From contig OX597832.1 of assembly GCA_951406725.2 (NCBI GenBank), forward strand, positions 48,980,001 through 49,044,000: a stretch of 64,000 nucleotides of DNA, read 5' to 3'. The notes under the pieces are model-generated. The model searched no databases. It saw only the letters and a program-made list of their open reading frames with translations, and was not told where the DNA came from. The position numbers and the translations under genes were made by a program. The stretch comes from Octopus vulgaris (lineage: Eukaryota). Position 1 is the stretch's first letter; each line of letters opens with the position of its first letter. This document shows, piece by piece, positions 1-14,237 of this stretch.

Positions 1-177
1 GTGTGTGTGTGTGTGTGTCGGAAAACGAAATGTCTATTGTCACTTTTCCATCAGATTCTATCCTCTTTTAATACGTATATGTATGTGTGTGTATGTTTGT
101 GTTTATCTATTTATTAAGTATCTGTAGTTTTCTCAATCTCTCAGTCTATCTCTGTCTGTCTGTCTGTCTCTCTCTAC

Positions 178-261
<84 letters not shown>

Positions 262-867
262 ATCTCTCCGCCGCCCTCTCCACACGCGCACACAAAACGT
301 AAGAGATTATGTGACTGGTTATATGTGGCTGTATGATACAAAAGAAAATTACTTTCATGTCGCTTCCTTTAAAATATATTTGATATCATTATTTTGTGTT
401 AGATTGGCAAATATGACATCGACATCGACATCGACTCAAGAAAAACATTAGAATTAAAACTTGTGTATAAACCATTACGACTGTTAGCACAAATTTCTAT
501 TCTGTTCAAACTGATTAGGCAAGTTTTTCGTAAAATTTCGCATGAATGAATAAGAAGGTATAACATTGGAGAGAACTAATAATGCAAGTTTCTATAATAA
601 ACTAAAATGTACTATCAAACGTCAGAAATCTAATTTACTTTGATATAAACAAGAGAACTGAAGAAGATGCATTTTGTAATCTTCCGCCATTATTATTGTG
701 TAAACACAGCCGCCATTTTCTAATGTGCTTTCTCAACTTCACATTGCTTCATGTGTGTATGGGTACGAATATACTTAAGTATACGTGTGTGTGTGTGTGA
801 GTGTGTGAGTGTGTGTGATTGTGTGTGTGTGTGTGTGCGTCAGTGCTTCGATAATGGATAATTTATT

Positions 868-902
<35 letters not shown>

Positions 903-1547
903 ATGAATTATGTTACATATATATGTGTATATATATATTAATATATATATATCTTAAAATGTGCATGTGTATATATATATAAATTATATATACGTATATA
1001 TATATATAAATATATATTATGCATGCATACATATACACACACATGTATATATAATGATTGATATTTACGTGTGTGTTGTAAAGTGTTATGTGTACATGTG
1101 TGCATTGGATTTCAAATGCTGTATACGACGAATGCTTTTGTAACACACACAAAGACACACAAACACACACATACACTCGCATACACACGCACAAATATAT
1201 ATGAATATAAATAGATACATACATACATAATATAGATCAGTATACGGCAATACTGATAATTGGAAACATTTCTATGTCTATGTATATATGTGTGTGTATA
1301 TATATATGTAGTATATATATGTATATATATATACATATATATATATAATATATACATATATGTGTGTGTATATACATATATAGATAGAGAGAGAGAGAAA
1401 GGGAGGAGAGAGAGAGATAGACAGACAGATATAGTCAGACAGATAGATAAATACTTACATACATACATGCAAACATACACACAAAGACAAACACATATAT
1501 ATACACACATGCATATAAATATAAATGTCTGTTTGTGTGTGTGTGTG

Positions 1548-1592
<45 letters not shown>

Positions 1593-2152
1593 GTATATGT
1601 ATAGATACGTGCGCGTGCCAGTGTATTAACATATATGTGTTAGAAAGTGAAATAAATTTACTTACAAACGTACAGACAATACCAGCTTTTTATTTCCTAT
1701 AAATATGTGAACGTTTTCCTATGGTTCTAAATGTTTTTTCTATCATTCACTGCCGAGAAGTCTGGTTTGTCAGAAAAGTGTCTTTGCATACAAATTTCAG
1801 AAAATTGTATTATATTCCACAGGCTCACATAGTATAATTGAATCTTTAGAACACAGACGTACGTGTGGATGTTTAAACAAGCAGACAGGATTAGATATAA
1901 ACTTGCCAGGGACTGTTTGTTTTGTCTCATCCTCGCTACATTTATGTCAATAAAGGACAATTATTTTGGTTTCTTTCATAAAACGTCTTATTTATATATT
2001 TATTTATTTATTTATTTATTTATTGGTCATCCATAACTTTATAGTCTCTATGGCATGTTGATATATTGCTTATTATGTTGTTATGTTCTACACATATGTA
2101 TGGGGAACAGTGCTGCACTGAGAGTGTCGTACACGGCAGCAAATTGCAGGAG

Positions 2153-2195
<43 letters not shown>

Positions 2196-2208
2196 TAGAT
2201 AGATATAT

Positions 2209-2273
<65 letters not shown>

Positions 2274-2325
2274 TATATATATATGCATAGATATATATAG
2301 ATGTATATATGTATATATATATATA

Positions 2326-2392
<67 letters not shown>

Positions 2393-2527
2393 ACATGCAT
2401 ATATTCGTACATGAACACCAACAGGTACACATACAGACACATATACAGATATGTATGCAGCTACGTACATGATTACATATATATATATATGTATTTGTGC
2501 GTGTGTGTGTGCGCGTGCGCATGTAGT

Positions 2528-2582
<55 letters not shown>

Positions 2583-2637
2583 CTGTATTTTAAAACTATT
2601 AATTTTTTTTATTAAACTTCACTTTGTTCCTCGTTCT

Positions 2638-2715
<78 letters not shown>

Positions 2716-2785
2716 TATATATATACATACATATATAAATGCATATACATATACATACATACACACACACACATGTGTGTTTGTG

Positions 2786-2828
<43 letters not shown>

Positions 2829-3014
2829 ATATTTTCTGAACTAATGTACAGATATTGTATGTTGAGAACAACAAGGTAGTCAGAATGTTGGATGATTATA
2901 TATATTTTTACTTACATTTTTAGCGCTGTCTTCTGTTATTTGAAGAAGGTGCTAAAAATGTAAACAGAAATATATACACAATCATCCTACATTCTGACAG
3001 CCTTGTAATATACA

Positions 3015-3069
<55 letters not shown>

Positions 3070-3397
3070 GTTTGTATATGTTTCGATATGGATCTGTATA
3101 AATTCATACGTAGACACGCATACACACATATACGCGGAGACATAGCATTTAAGCACACACACACGTACTAGCAGACACACACACATACACGTTTCTATAT
3201 ATCGTGTAAGACAAATGCTAATGTTGTTATTTTGGAGGTACTTTTTTAAGAATAACAAAAGATGAGCTACCGATAAAGGAAAGACTGGCAGTAAATAGAT
3301 TTAAATTTAAATTTATTAAGGGTTTCATTTGAAGTAGGGCCTCAAGTGACGCCGGGTTGCTTACTCAAACAATGGTAAAGTAAAACTTGATTACTGG

Positions 3398-3461
<64 letters not shown>

Positions 3462-3462
<1 letters not shown>

Positions 3463-3850
3463 TACTCTTTTTACTCTTTTTACTTGTTTCAGTCATTTGA
3501 CTGTGGCCATGCTGGAGCACCGCCTTTGGTCGAGCAAATCGCCCCCGGGACTTATTCTTTGTAAGCCCAGTACTTATTCTATCGGCTTCTTTTGCCGAAC
3601 CGCTAAGTGACGGGGACGTAAACACACCAGCACCGGTTGTCAAGCAATGCTAGAGGGACAAACACAGACACACAAACATATACACACACATACATATATA
3701 TATATACATATATACGAGGCATCTTTCAGTTTCCGTCTGCCAAATCCATCACAAGGCTTTGGTCGGCCCGAGGCAATAGCAGAAGACATGCCCAAGATGC
3801 CACGCAGGGACTGAACCCGGAACCATGTGGTTGGCTAGCAAGCTACTTAG
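3462..3850 (-). mobile_element. tRNA-derived SINE, family B (internal (TG)n/(TA)n tract, TAAAAGAG tail)
   Basis: On minus: tRNA-like head (..CCACATGGTTCCGGGTTCAGTCC), body, internal microsatellite, then tail GGCGGTGCTCCAGCATGGCCACAGTCAAATGACTGAAACAAGTAAAA.. More than 12 related copies or fragments occur in the window. Confidence 0.85.
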
Positions 3851-3875
3851 AAACATACCGCCATATCAGATATAT

Positions 3876-3925
<50 letters not shown>

Positions 3926-3980
3926 CAAATGATACTGACAGAATATTGAATATACGACAAACTGTGTTGGTCACAACAAT

Positions 3981-4258
3981 CGTTTCGACCTGTCTTGCAT
4001 GGCTCCCTCGTGAGTGAGATATTATACAACTGGTTGTGATGCATCATTCGGTGGAGAAGCATCTCGGCAGGTGATTTTATTAGGGGCTAAAATGTGAAGT
4101 CTTTAGCAACATATTGTACGAAAACCGAGCGGTTTATTTATCGATATACAACTTGTAAAATCACCTGACGACACACACCTGCACCGAGGGATGCACCACA
4201 ACCAGTTGCAAAGTACCCCACCTTTGGGTGATTGATGCAAGATGGGTCGAAACGTATA
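3981..4258. mobile_element. Inverted pair of hammerhead-like units (Penelope pseudo-LTR-like foldback)
   Basis: Paired arms: CGTTTCGACCTGTCTTGCAT / ATGCAAGATGGGTCGAAACG; CAACTGGTTGTGATGCATC / GATGCACCACAACCAGTTG; CAGGTGATTTTA / TAAAATCACCTG. The right unit has CTGACGA (4165-4171) and CGAAACGTA. Confidence 0.55.
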
Positions 4259-4328
4259 TTCCATTTACCGTTTCGATTATTTGTTATATACTCGACGGAC
4301 AATGAAGACGAATTCTTGATGAAGCGAC

Positions 4329-4403
<75 letters not shown>

Positions 4404-4417
4404 CATACATATGTATA

Positions 4418-4820
4418 TATGGTGGTTGTCTACTCCTTATGCAGAGTTTGACCACCTCCTGTGCCTACACCTTAGAACCATCATGGCATATGATGTGGCT
4501 TTTTAAATCAGACGATATTTTGAAAAGACACCCGCATAAATTACATATCCGTTTTGGACCACCAAGAGCTGCAGTTAAGTTCTGATCTTTGTGGATCTTA
4601 AATGTCTTTTGAGGCCTTCGTTAGATTGGCAGGCCTGCTTGCATACATTGCACTGAAATGTGTGCACAGACATATAGGCAGAGTAGTTGGTAGAGGTTTG
4701 TTTTCCATGGGTTCGCAAATGAGATTTGAGCCCAGCAAAAGAAAGGCATGGTCTGTCACAAACTGTACAAATAAAAAGGCCATCCATTGTGCTTCACCTT
4801 CTCGATCGTAACATTCTTCT
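4418..4820 (-). mobile_element. 3' end of an RTE-like LINE ORF with three C2H2 zinc fingers (frameshifted remnant)
   Basis: Reads CTVCDRPCLSFAGLKSHLRTH, then CNVCKQACQSNEGLKRHL(KIH, after a 1-nt frameshift), then CNLCGCLFKISSDLKSHIICH. A stop and short 3' UTR run into (CATA)/(TA) repeats. There are no TGEKP linkers. Confidence 0.6.
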
Positions 4821-5125
4821 TTAAATAGATGCATATATATATATATATTTATATACATGTATATTTATCAAAATAAAAACGTGATGCAAAGGATTTAGCG
4901 GTACATATGTTTCTGGCTTTTATTAGACGGTTTATATCAATGCATAATTGATGTAATTTGTATGTCAACAGCCTTCTTCAGCCGCGTACAATTACCACTC
5001 CAAGGACATGCATTACATTAGTTTGGAAAAAAGACGAATTAAGTTGGGGATGCAAATCCTCATAGTCGTGTACAACAGAGCGAGGCACCAATGTATATAT
5101 ACATATATACATATATATATAGATG

Positions 5126-5180
<55 letters not shown>

Positions 5181-5194
5181 GCATATATACATGC

Positions 5195-5235
<41 letters not shown>

Positions 5236-5272
5236 CATAGATGTGTATATGTATGCATACACTAACACGAAT

Positions 5273-5310
<38 letters not shown>

Positions 5311-6058
5311 CGCGTGTGTATGTATGTGCATGTCTATAAATTAACATTAATATGTATGTAGAAACTTGCGTTTGTACAAAAACGCATTTATCTACATCTA
5401 CGCAATCCTAATAAATGTAACCCTACAGTTAAATGTATTATCTATACGTATTCATTTATATTGTTCGCACAAACGTATCCAAATATATTCAGGCAACATA
5501 TAGATATATATATATATGTACACACAAATACCTACAGGTCTGTGTGCGCAAGCGCATGGATGAGCATGTAGTCAGCCAGTTCCTGGCCACCATATAAGGA
5601 CGTAAATCCAAAACTGCTTGCTGATATTATTATTATAATAAATATACTCACACGGTCAGTAAGCAAAATAAAAAGAGATTTATTGGAAATCTGAAACAGG
5701 TTTATGTTAATGTCTATGCGCGTGCATTAGCTAAATGAAGTTAGATTTAAACATTGTAGAAGCTTTACTTTTCGACGCATGCGTATATTTTACGTCTCGG
5801 CGTTCATTTCTGTCATGTGGCTTCGTATATATGGACGTGGTTACGTCTTGATGTATGAGTAAATGCGCAAATATATAGACATTCATTGAGTTATACGACC
5901 TACGTGTTCGAGTAATATGTTGGTTGGCTCGTACATCAGACGTTAAAATGTTTGTGTGTTCATAGAAAGATGTACACCGAAGTGTATATGCAAGGCAAAT
6001 AAATACCGAAACAAGGGCGATCGGATGCACACTCCCACCTCTCTCTCTTTCTCTCTCG

Positions 6059-6111
<53 letters not shown>

Positions 6112-6227
6112 TTACACAAATACACACAGACACACGCTCGCACACACACACACACACATATACGCGGAGAACGAGTATGAGAAAGACGGAATACACATGT
6201 GTGTGTTTGTGTGTGTGTATGTGTGTA

Positions 6228-6277
<50 letters not shown>

Positions 6278-6484
6278 TGTGTTTGCGTATGTCTTCCATA
6301 GCCTCACAACACTTGTAGCCTTCGGTAGCGGTCAGGAATAATGAAAGCGACAGAATAAGTTTATGCATATACACACACATATATAAACATGTGTGTACGT
6401 GTGTGTGTGTGTGTGTGTTTGTGTATGCTTGAATATAAATATATATATATATAAATATAATATATATATAATATATAATATATA

Positions 6485-6542
<58 letters not shown>

Positions 6543-6717
6543 CCATATATATATGAGGTATGATCAAAGAATATCCGACTATATTTTTCCCGCCAAAACT
6601 AAAGCAACGTGGGTGGAAGGTAATACCACCCTTCCTATACACACCGGCAGGTGACCCTCAATTTCCGGCTGTCTCCTCTAAAGTACCGATGGATAGATAG
6701 GTAGATAGATAGACAGA

Positions 6718-7060
6718 TATTCTCTAGGCGTCTAGTGGAATAAAAAAAAACCCACCTGAAAGTAACTCACAGTCAAGCGAGACAACTCACATCAGGTTCT
6801 TTCTCGGAGCGACTGACATCGATGTATCGTCATTGCTTTCAGTTATCAATGTAGCATACCGATCAAGGCGCGCTGGAAACCATAACGCTGACGACTATGA
6901 CAATATGCTAAATGGTTTGGACAATGGAGGCATCGATAAGTCCAAGCAATGATGAAACATCGATGTCTGTCGCTCGGAGAAAGGACCTGACGAGCGAGAA
7001 TTGTCACGCTTCACTGTGACTAACTTTCCGGTCTTTATTACAGCAGGCGCATAGAGAATA
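6718..7060. mobile_element. MITE-like foldback with ~120-bp imperfect inverted arms
   Basis: Termini TATTCTCTAGGCG / GGCGCATAGAGAATA. Inner arms GGTTCTTTCTCGGAGCGACTGACATCGATG..TCATTGCTT / AAGCAATGA..CATCGATGTCTGTCGCTCGGAGAAAGGACC. TA at both ends. Confidence 0.6.
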
Positions 7061-7344
7061 TATTCTCTTACGCCGAAAGACCGCAGCCGACCCACGAACT
7101 AACAACACTATGTGTAAGTGTAAGATACCATGTGTACGTGAACTCGATTTTGTTTATACACCTCGAGCTACTGCTAATTCATATTTGAAAATACATACAT
7201 ACATACACACATATATGTATGTATGTGTGTATGTATGTATATATGTATGTATTTATATGTATATATATATATAATCAATTGCTTAGGTTTAGTTACTTTA
7301 AAAGGAGCATATATAATTATATAAATAATATATAATTATGGATA

Positions 7345-7456
<112 letters not shown>

Positions 7457-7658
7457 TTACATATATATATATATACACACATATACATATATATGACAAA
7501 GGTGACTTATTCGCAATTTACAACCCGAAGGCAGAAATATAGACATCACTAAAGGTATTATGGGTAATAGTAGACACAAACATTGCTAGAAATAAGAATC
7601 AAAACAACTCTTAGCCACAAGAAAGCACTTGCAGTTAAGAGTTGTATTGACTCTTACA

Positions 7659-7746
<88 letters not shown>

Positions 7747-7809
7747 TAAAGCTACAGTACTATGCATATACATACAAATGACTACTGTAATGTTTTATAT
7801 CGTTGTGTG

Positions 7810-7857
<48 letters not shown>

Positions 7858-8347
7858 TGTGTGTGTGTATGCGTGTATGTATGTGTTTATGAGTCTGCTA
7901 GCGTTGCTGTCTGTGTTGTTCAAAGCCAGTTCGTGACATCTTCATAACTATATATGCGTAAACACTGTTTTCCATTTTTTTTTTACCGCGTATGTTCTTA
8001 CGGTCAGACATCAAAATAAACTGTGGTTTATTAGAAAACGGAAACAGATTCATGTAAATATATATGTTCGTGCATTAGATAAATGAAGTTCAATTTTAAC
8101 ATTTTACTATGTTTATTCTTTGTCACAGTTCTCTCTTCACGTTCGTTCTATCGTCTGCTGTGTTTCTCAGTATAGATAACTAAGCTAGTTTGTTATGTGT
8201 ACAGATGTTCGTATATCCAGACGTTTGTACAGTAACATAGTAAATTTCTTCGCATACTATATGACTCTATAGATTTATTCCTGAAGCATTCGTTTGTCCA
8301 CGCACAGTTATACATAAACGTCCATGCGTAAGATAGTGCGGATTATT

Positions 8348-8931
8348 CGAGGGTGCGCTCAAAATTTCCTGACACTATTGGTGTCATTCATGTAAGGCCT
8401 GGCTGGAGGGACAACCTTCCGAGTTCCTTTACAGGGCTTAGAAAAAAATGGAGGACCGCTGCATTAAATGTGTGAACCTGAGAGGGGGATATCTCTATAT
8501 ATATAAACGGCAAAATGTCTGCGTGTGTGTCCTTTATACAAATCCACAATTTTTCAGTTAGAGGGTATCGCACTTTCTATGGTCATTCAAAACCGTCCAA
8601 AGGTGGTCGTGCACGTCTTTACATTTCCCCAGTCACCACGCAAAGCCATTAAAAAATCAATAGAAGTGACTTTTTTTGTGAATTTTCTATCCAAAACCCA
8701 ATCAAAATGCCCGAAACTTGATACGCCAATTGAATGCCAGCTAGCTGTATATGATTGGTCGGAGATTTGGACAGTACTCGCGTGTATGTGCGCAGGCAGG
8801 CAGCTGTATATGCATGCACTAGCACTATGACCCGGTGTTGCTAGGTCATAGTGCTAGTGTGGAATAAAATCGTAAGTTTCTGTCCTGTATTTTCTTTTAC
8901 GCAAAGTCAGGAACTGTTCAGCACACCCTTA
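8348..8931 (+). mobile_element. Internally deleted mariner-like element
   Basis: Imperfect 26-bp TIRs CGAGGGTGCGCTCAAAATTTCCTGAC / GTCAGGAACTGTTCAGCACACCCTTA. Transposase C-terminal remnants AWLEGQPSEF and EDRCIKCVNLRG at ~8397-8490. Confidence 0.6.
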
Positions 8932-8951
8932 TATATGCATATGTTCGTATA

Positions 8952-9406
8952 CAAGGTGTTCGGGATAAACTTGACATTTTGCATAAAGGGAAACGAAAGC
9001 GAGGTATCTCATCCACAAAGAAAGGTATTTTCAAAAGATCAGAGAAATATTAATTATATTATGAGTTATACTATACTATAATCCATGAGATTACAATCGG
9101 GGCAAATATGACGCAAGGAATTGCAGCAGGTGTAACAGTAGAAATCCTCAAACAACCCCGCCTTACTCTTTCCGGAGGTATGGCAAGGAGCCAAAACCTG
9201 CTGACATACATATAGCATTCCAGAAAAAGCGTCTGAATTCAGCCTATGGTCTTGTTCAAAGTTACGGGAATGAATTGCGGCGTGCATTTTCACTTGCAAC
9301 TTTATGCTTTGATGCTCTCCAACGCTGCTGACCGTTCACCAATGCATCACGCTGCATCTGATAAAAGGAGGGAAACAATATAGAAAAATTTAGCCCGAAC
9401 ACCTTA
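8952..9406 (-). mobile_element. Deleted Tc1/mariner (maT/DD37D-like) element
   Basis: TIRs CAAGGTGTTCGGGATAAA / TTTAGCCCGAACACCTTA. Minus-strand remnants YVCQQVLAPCHTS (QQDxAPxH motif) and PDCNLMDY (SPDxNPxDY motif). Confidence 0.65.
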
Positions 9407-9502
9407 CACACACACACACGCACACACACACACACACGCACACACACACATACAAACACATACACACACACTCACACATACATACATACATACATACATA
9501 CA

Positions 9503-9538
<36 letters not shown>

Positions 9539-9616
9539 TATGCATAGAGAGTTGGAGAGGGAGAGAGAAAGAGAAGGATTGATATTATTTTATATATTAT
9601 ATTATATTATATATAT

Positions 9617-9670
<54 letters not shown>

Positions 9671-10269
9671 TTATCTATAAATGCTCTAATATCTATACAG
9701 CCTTGGGTTTTTTTAATCTTATCACGCAAAAAATTCTTATATATATGAAAAAAATGAAGAAACTATCTATTCAATTTGCGAAGAGAGCGTTGTTGCAGGA
9801 AATTGCTGCAAATCCAATGTTATCCGAAGTAATATGGAAGTATAAGCGTGACGTAATACAATAATAAAACAGAAGAATAAATTTTATAGTATCACTAAAA
9901 TTGTTTCGTTCAGAGATTTTACTGTGACGTAACTATATAATAGATGGCATATATATTAGCGTTCAAAATTCATAGGAATATGCAATACGTTATATCATAT
10001 TTCTCCCATCTCATCAGGTCATACCATAAATGAGGGTTAAATACTGACGCGTTGTGACGCTAAAGATTGTGCAGAATATTATAACCTGGTGGTTAGACTA
10101 AATTATGATGTACCGTATTGCAAATTCTTATGAATTTTGCACAATGGTATATGCTACCCAGCAATAAAATCTTTCTAATGAAACCATTGTATTGATACAA
10201 TAAAATGCATTCGTCTGTTTTATTATCAAATGTGTGTGTGCGAAAAACGGAAGGGGAGAGTATTTGCGC

Positions 10270-10459
10270 ATTCTTTTATTCTTTTACTTGTTTCTTTTAG
10301 TTGGAGAACCGCCTTGAAGGCTTTCAGTCGAACAAATCGACCCCAGGACTTATTTTTTAGGCCTAGTACTTATTCTATCGGTCCGGAACAGCAAATTATG
10401 CTAACATAAACACACGAACATCAGTTGTCAAACAGTGATATCGGTACAAACACAGACAG

Positions 10460-10503
<44 letters not shown>

Positions 10504-10660
10504 GAAGGGCTTCTTTCAGTTTCCTTCTACCAAATCCACTCACAAGATTTGGGTCGGCCAGAAACTATAGTAGAAGACACTTGCCCAAGGTGCCCCGTAG
10601 TGGGACTGAACCCAGACCATGGGATTGGAAAGTAAGCTTGTTACCAAACAGCCACGCCTG
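10270..10660 (-). mobile_element. SINE family B copy
   Basis: Diverged full-length match to the 3462-3850 family, including the internal (CA)n tract. Confidence 0.8.
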
Positions 10661-11355
10661 AGTCTATGTGTATTGGTACATCAAAACCATTACTCTGTTG
10701 CTACTGTGTACCCAACAGCCATGGTTACATGAGATGCGTTGTACGAGTCCCACGGGTAGCTTTCGTCTGCTTTTCAGTTCGACTATTTTTTTAAAGACAA
10801 ATATATTATTATATAATTGCAAGTTGTTAATTGTTATAATTGTGTCCCTTCCGAGTTACCTTAAATTAACCGACTATGTACATGTGTGTGCGTGTATATG
10901 TGTTCTTGTGTGTGTGTATGTCTGTGCGTGTGTTTGTGTGATACAAAATATGTTATATGATATATAGTGTAAAATCTTATATGTATATCAAATATTTGTT
11001 TCTCTTTGTATCTATCTATCTATACATCTATCTATCTATCTATCTATCTATCTATATATCTATCTATCTATCTATTTATCTATCTATCTTTCTCTATGTG
11101 TGTATAGAGGGGTGCGCGCGTGCATGTTTGCGTGTGCATATGCATGTATATAAGTATGTACGTATGTATGTATATATTTATACATATATACATCCATATA
11201 TATATGCATATACATATATATATATATATATATAGATAGATAGATAGATACATACATACATACATACATACATACATACATACATACACATATATATAAT
11301 ATATCAATGCATACCTACATACATACATACATACACACATACATACATACATACA

Positions 11356-11413
<58 letters not shown>

Positions 11414-11494
11414 CACACACATATATATATATAATATATCTATACATGCATACATACATACATACATACATACATACATACATACATACATACA

Positions 11495-11526
<32 letters not shown>

Positions 11527-11805
11527 CATATATATATATTGTACATGCTACTTCTCAGCTATCATAAATAATCTTTAATCCTCAAGTGAGTCTCTTTTTC
11601 TTTATTTTTTACTTTTTTTTCTTCGTTTAATCATAATATATTCTGTTCTTTGGAGCCGCATACCGCATTCCATTTCATCTCCTTCCAATTTACAGAAATA
11701 TCAAAAGCCATCTGAAGAGCCACCGATCCTACCTACCTACCAACACCCATCACCACAAAGAAAACAAGTCATTGTATCGCCACCCTAAATGCCGCCACAT
11801 CTCAC

Positions 11806-12100
11806 CTGATTTCGTCTTTAAGTTTTAATATATCTATAGGCAACGTCTAACGTTGATATTTGTAACTGAAGCAGTATTTTTCTGAAGATGAAAAGAAGAA
11901 AGCGAAGTTATATTTCGGTGATGAGTTCTCAAAGAGTTAATTAATCCAAATGTTTCTCACGAACTGGCTTGTGGACTGTTTACCGTAAGTGTATCTTCTA
12001 TCTCTGTATTTGAGCTGTGCATCATTAGTGTTAATCTCTCTGACGCCTCCTTTGAAGTCGGCTAGGTTATATGTTTATTAAATAAAAGACAGACTAATGA
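11806..12100 (-). pseudogene. Possible decayed GIY-YIG/C-terminal segment of a Penelope-like element
   Basis: KHIT*PTSKEASERLTLMMHSS resembles the YIGxTxxxLxxRLxxH motif, and the distal ILKL resembles a PLE C-terminus. It is collinear and co-oriented with the RT remnant at 15170-15590. Confidence 0.35.
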
Positions 12101-12149
12101 CATTTATATGTAGTTTATATGTATATTTATAAATTTTATTTTTCATCAG

Positions 12150-12475
12150 TGTCAACTGAAAGCTTCGGCCATGCTGGGGCACCACCGTTTTGCTACATTG
12201 TTATGATTGAAAGCCTCTTCTGATATGTGGCATTTGGTGAATAAGTGAGTTTGATGCCGCTGCCCTTCTTTGCGCCGATGTAGGTTCATCTGGGACTTTC
12301 GACAGGAAGAGATCCAGTTTGATTTGAAAACACCTACAGCCAATTTGTGTAGGTCCCTCAGGCTCTATGGGAGAATATTAAAACGCCGTGGGCCCCTAAA
12401 AATCAGGGTGTTGCAGTAACTGGTTCTGAAGTGCGACTGCATTGCTGGGATGCTTAGTACTGTGCAGTGGTGATC
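12150..12475 (-). mobile_element. 3' end of a LINE (CR1/Jockey-group-like ORF2 C-terminus plus 3' UTR)
   Basis: Reads YCNTLIFRGPRRFNILP*SLRDL..LDLFLSKVPDEP..AASNSLIHQ. The 3' UTR contains GGTGGTGCCCCAGCATGGCCG. Confidence 0.7.
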
Positions 12476-12840
12476 ATATATATATGTATATATTATTCAA
12501 AGAAATTCCAACTATGTTTTTTATGTTTTATTTATATTCTTTATAATATTAATGTAGAATATAGAATATATAGTATAAATAATATATACATATTTATAAT
12601 ATATAAATGAAGTATTGATTGTCTTATTGAATAGATGAAATATTAAATATAAAATAAATAACACTGAAGCATAGTAACACCAAATATATAGTGCGTGTGT
12701 TTTTATTGGCTAAACTGGCAAAATGACCATTCCGAAATACAATAAATATAAAATATTAAATATAAAATATGAAGGGACAAGTATACTTTCTTGCATTATA
12801 GCAGTCTTCAAGGTCCCATGTTGTGACACTCTTGTCACAA

Positions 12841-13290
12841 GATTTTCAAGCCAGCAAGGGCTGGTCTGATCGTTTCCAGAAGCGGTTTACAATAATGTGT
12901 GTTTCCCTGCATGGAGAGACAGCATCAACCGACAATGAAGCCGCCGAGAAGTACCTCCGGACCTTCAGGCAGATCATCGAGGACAAGGGATACAAACCGG
13001 AACCGGTTTTCAATATGGACAAGACTAGTTTGTTCTGGAAGAAGATGCCTTCCAGAACATACATCATGAAGGATGAAGCCAAAGCCGCCCCAGGATTTAA
13101 GGGACAGAAGGACAATTATGTGTGGCAATGCTGCTGGCTTTCTGATGAAACCAGGATTTATCTACAAGTCCGCGAACCCAAAGGCCTTCAAATATGAGAA
13201 AAAAACCTACTACCTGTCTACAGGATGCACAACCTCAAGGCCTGGATTACCAAAAGAATAAATTTCAATTGGTTCCACGAATGCGTCATC
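12841..13290 (+). mobile_element. Tigger/pogo transposase fragment (frameshifted)
   Basis: Reads FQASKGWSDRFQKRF..LHGETAS..YKPEPVFNMDKTSLFWKKMPSRTYI..PGFK..MCGNAAG..KSANPKAFK..KAWIT..WF. This covers the end of the CENP-B-type HTH and the DDE_1 domain. Confidence 0.9.
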
Positions 13291-13503
13291 TGGCAAAGGT
13301 ACATGTTGGCGAAGGTTTTGGCGATATCAAATCTTCATTCACATTTATATATACATACAGCCTCAAATAGACCTACATATGTTTCGAATGGGTTTATATA
13401 TACTAACCGTTGAAAAACAAATTTTGAATACCTAACTGAGAGCACACCGTTAAAAGTTTTGGAGAAATCCCTTATTAATCACACACACACTTATATATAT
13501 ATG

Positions 13504-13557
<54 letters not shown>

Positions 13558-13614
13558 GTGTGTGTATACATACATACATACATACATACATACATACATA
13601 CATACATACATACA

Positions 13615-13645
<31 letters not shown>

Positions 13646-14029
13646 GTATATGTTATGCAGAAGGGCCTCAGTAAGCTTGCTCATCTCCAAGACTAACGTT
13701 TCCATTACAATAGTTGAAAACCAAGATTGCGTAATGCATTTAATAACAGACTTCTGACTAAATCACTGGTCGATACAGCGATCATTTTTCGATATTTTAC
13801 GTTCCGTTATTGAATTTATAAAATGAAATCACTTGAATTTGCTTTTTCCACCTTTAACTTGACAACTTTGAACTCGATAACAATAAAATAGTGAGTTTAA
13901 AATGATTTAGTAGGAAATCGATAGAGCATAATTGACATTTCAAATTGATTTATTACAAGAACAGATCTCAATGGCATTATATTTCAAAACAAGCAACGAA
14001 TTTAAATATTCGGTTATAGCTAGTTAAGA

Positions 14030-14182
14030 AGCTAGTTTTAGAACCAAATGGTCTTAGGTTCGCGCCCGCTGTGCGGCACCGTAGGAATGTGTCTTCTACA
14101 ATACCTGTGGAACGACCAATGCCTTTTGTGTGAACTTGGTAGCGTAGAATACCATTCTGTAAATGTATGTGTATGTGTGTGT

Positions 14183-14237
<55 letters not shown>

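Noticed and set aside
4575-4787. Host C2H2 zinc-finger gene
   Set aside because: It is frameshifted, lacks TGEKP linkers, and has the terminal architecture of a LINE.
11806-12061. Two minus-strand host exons with good splice signals
   Set aside because: The 76-nt segment has stops in all three frames and the region reads better as a decayed Penelope C-terminus. Not fully excluded.
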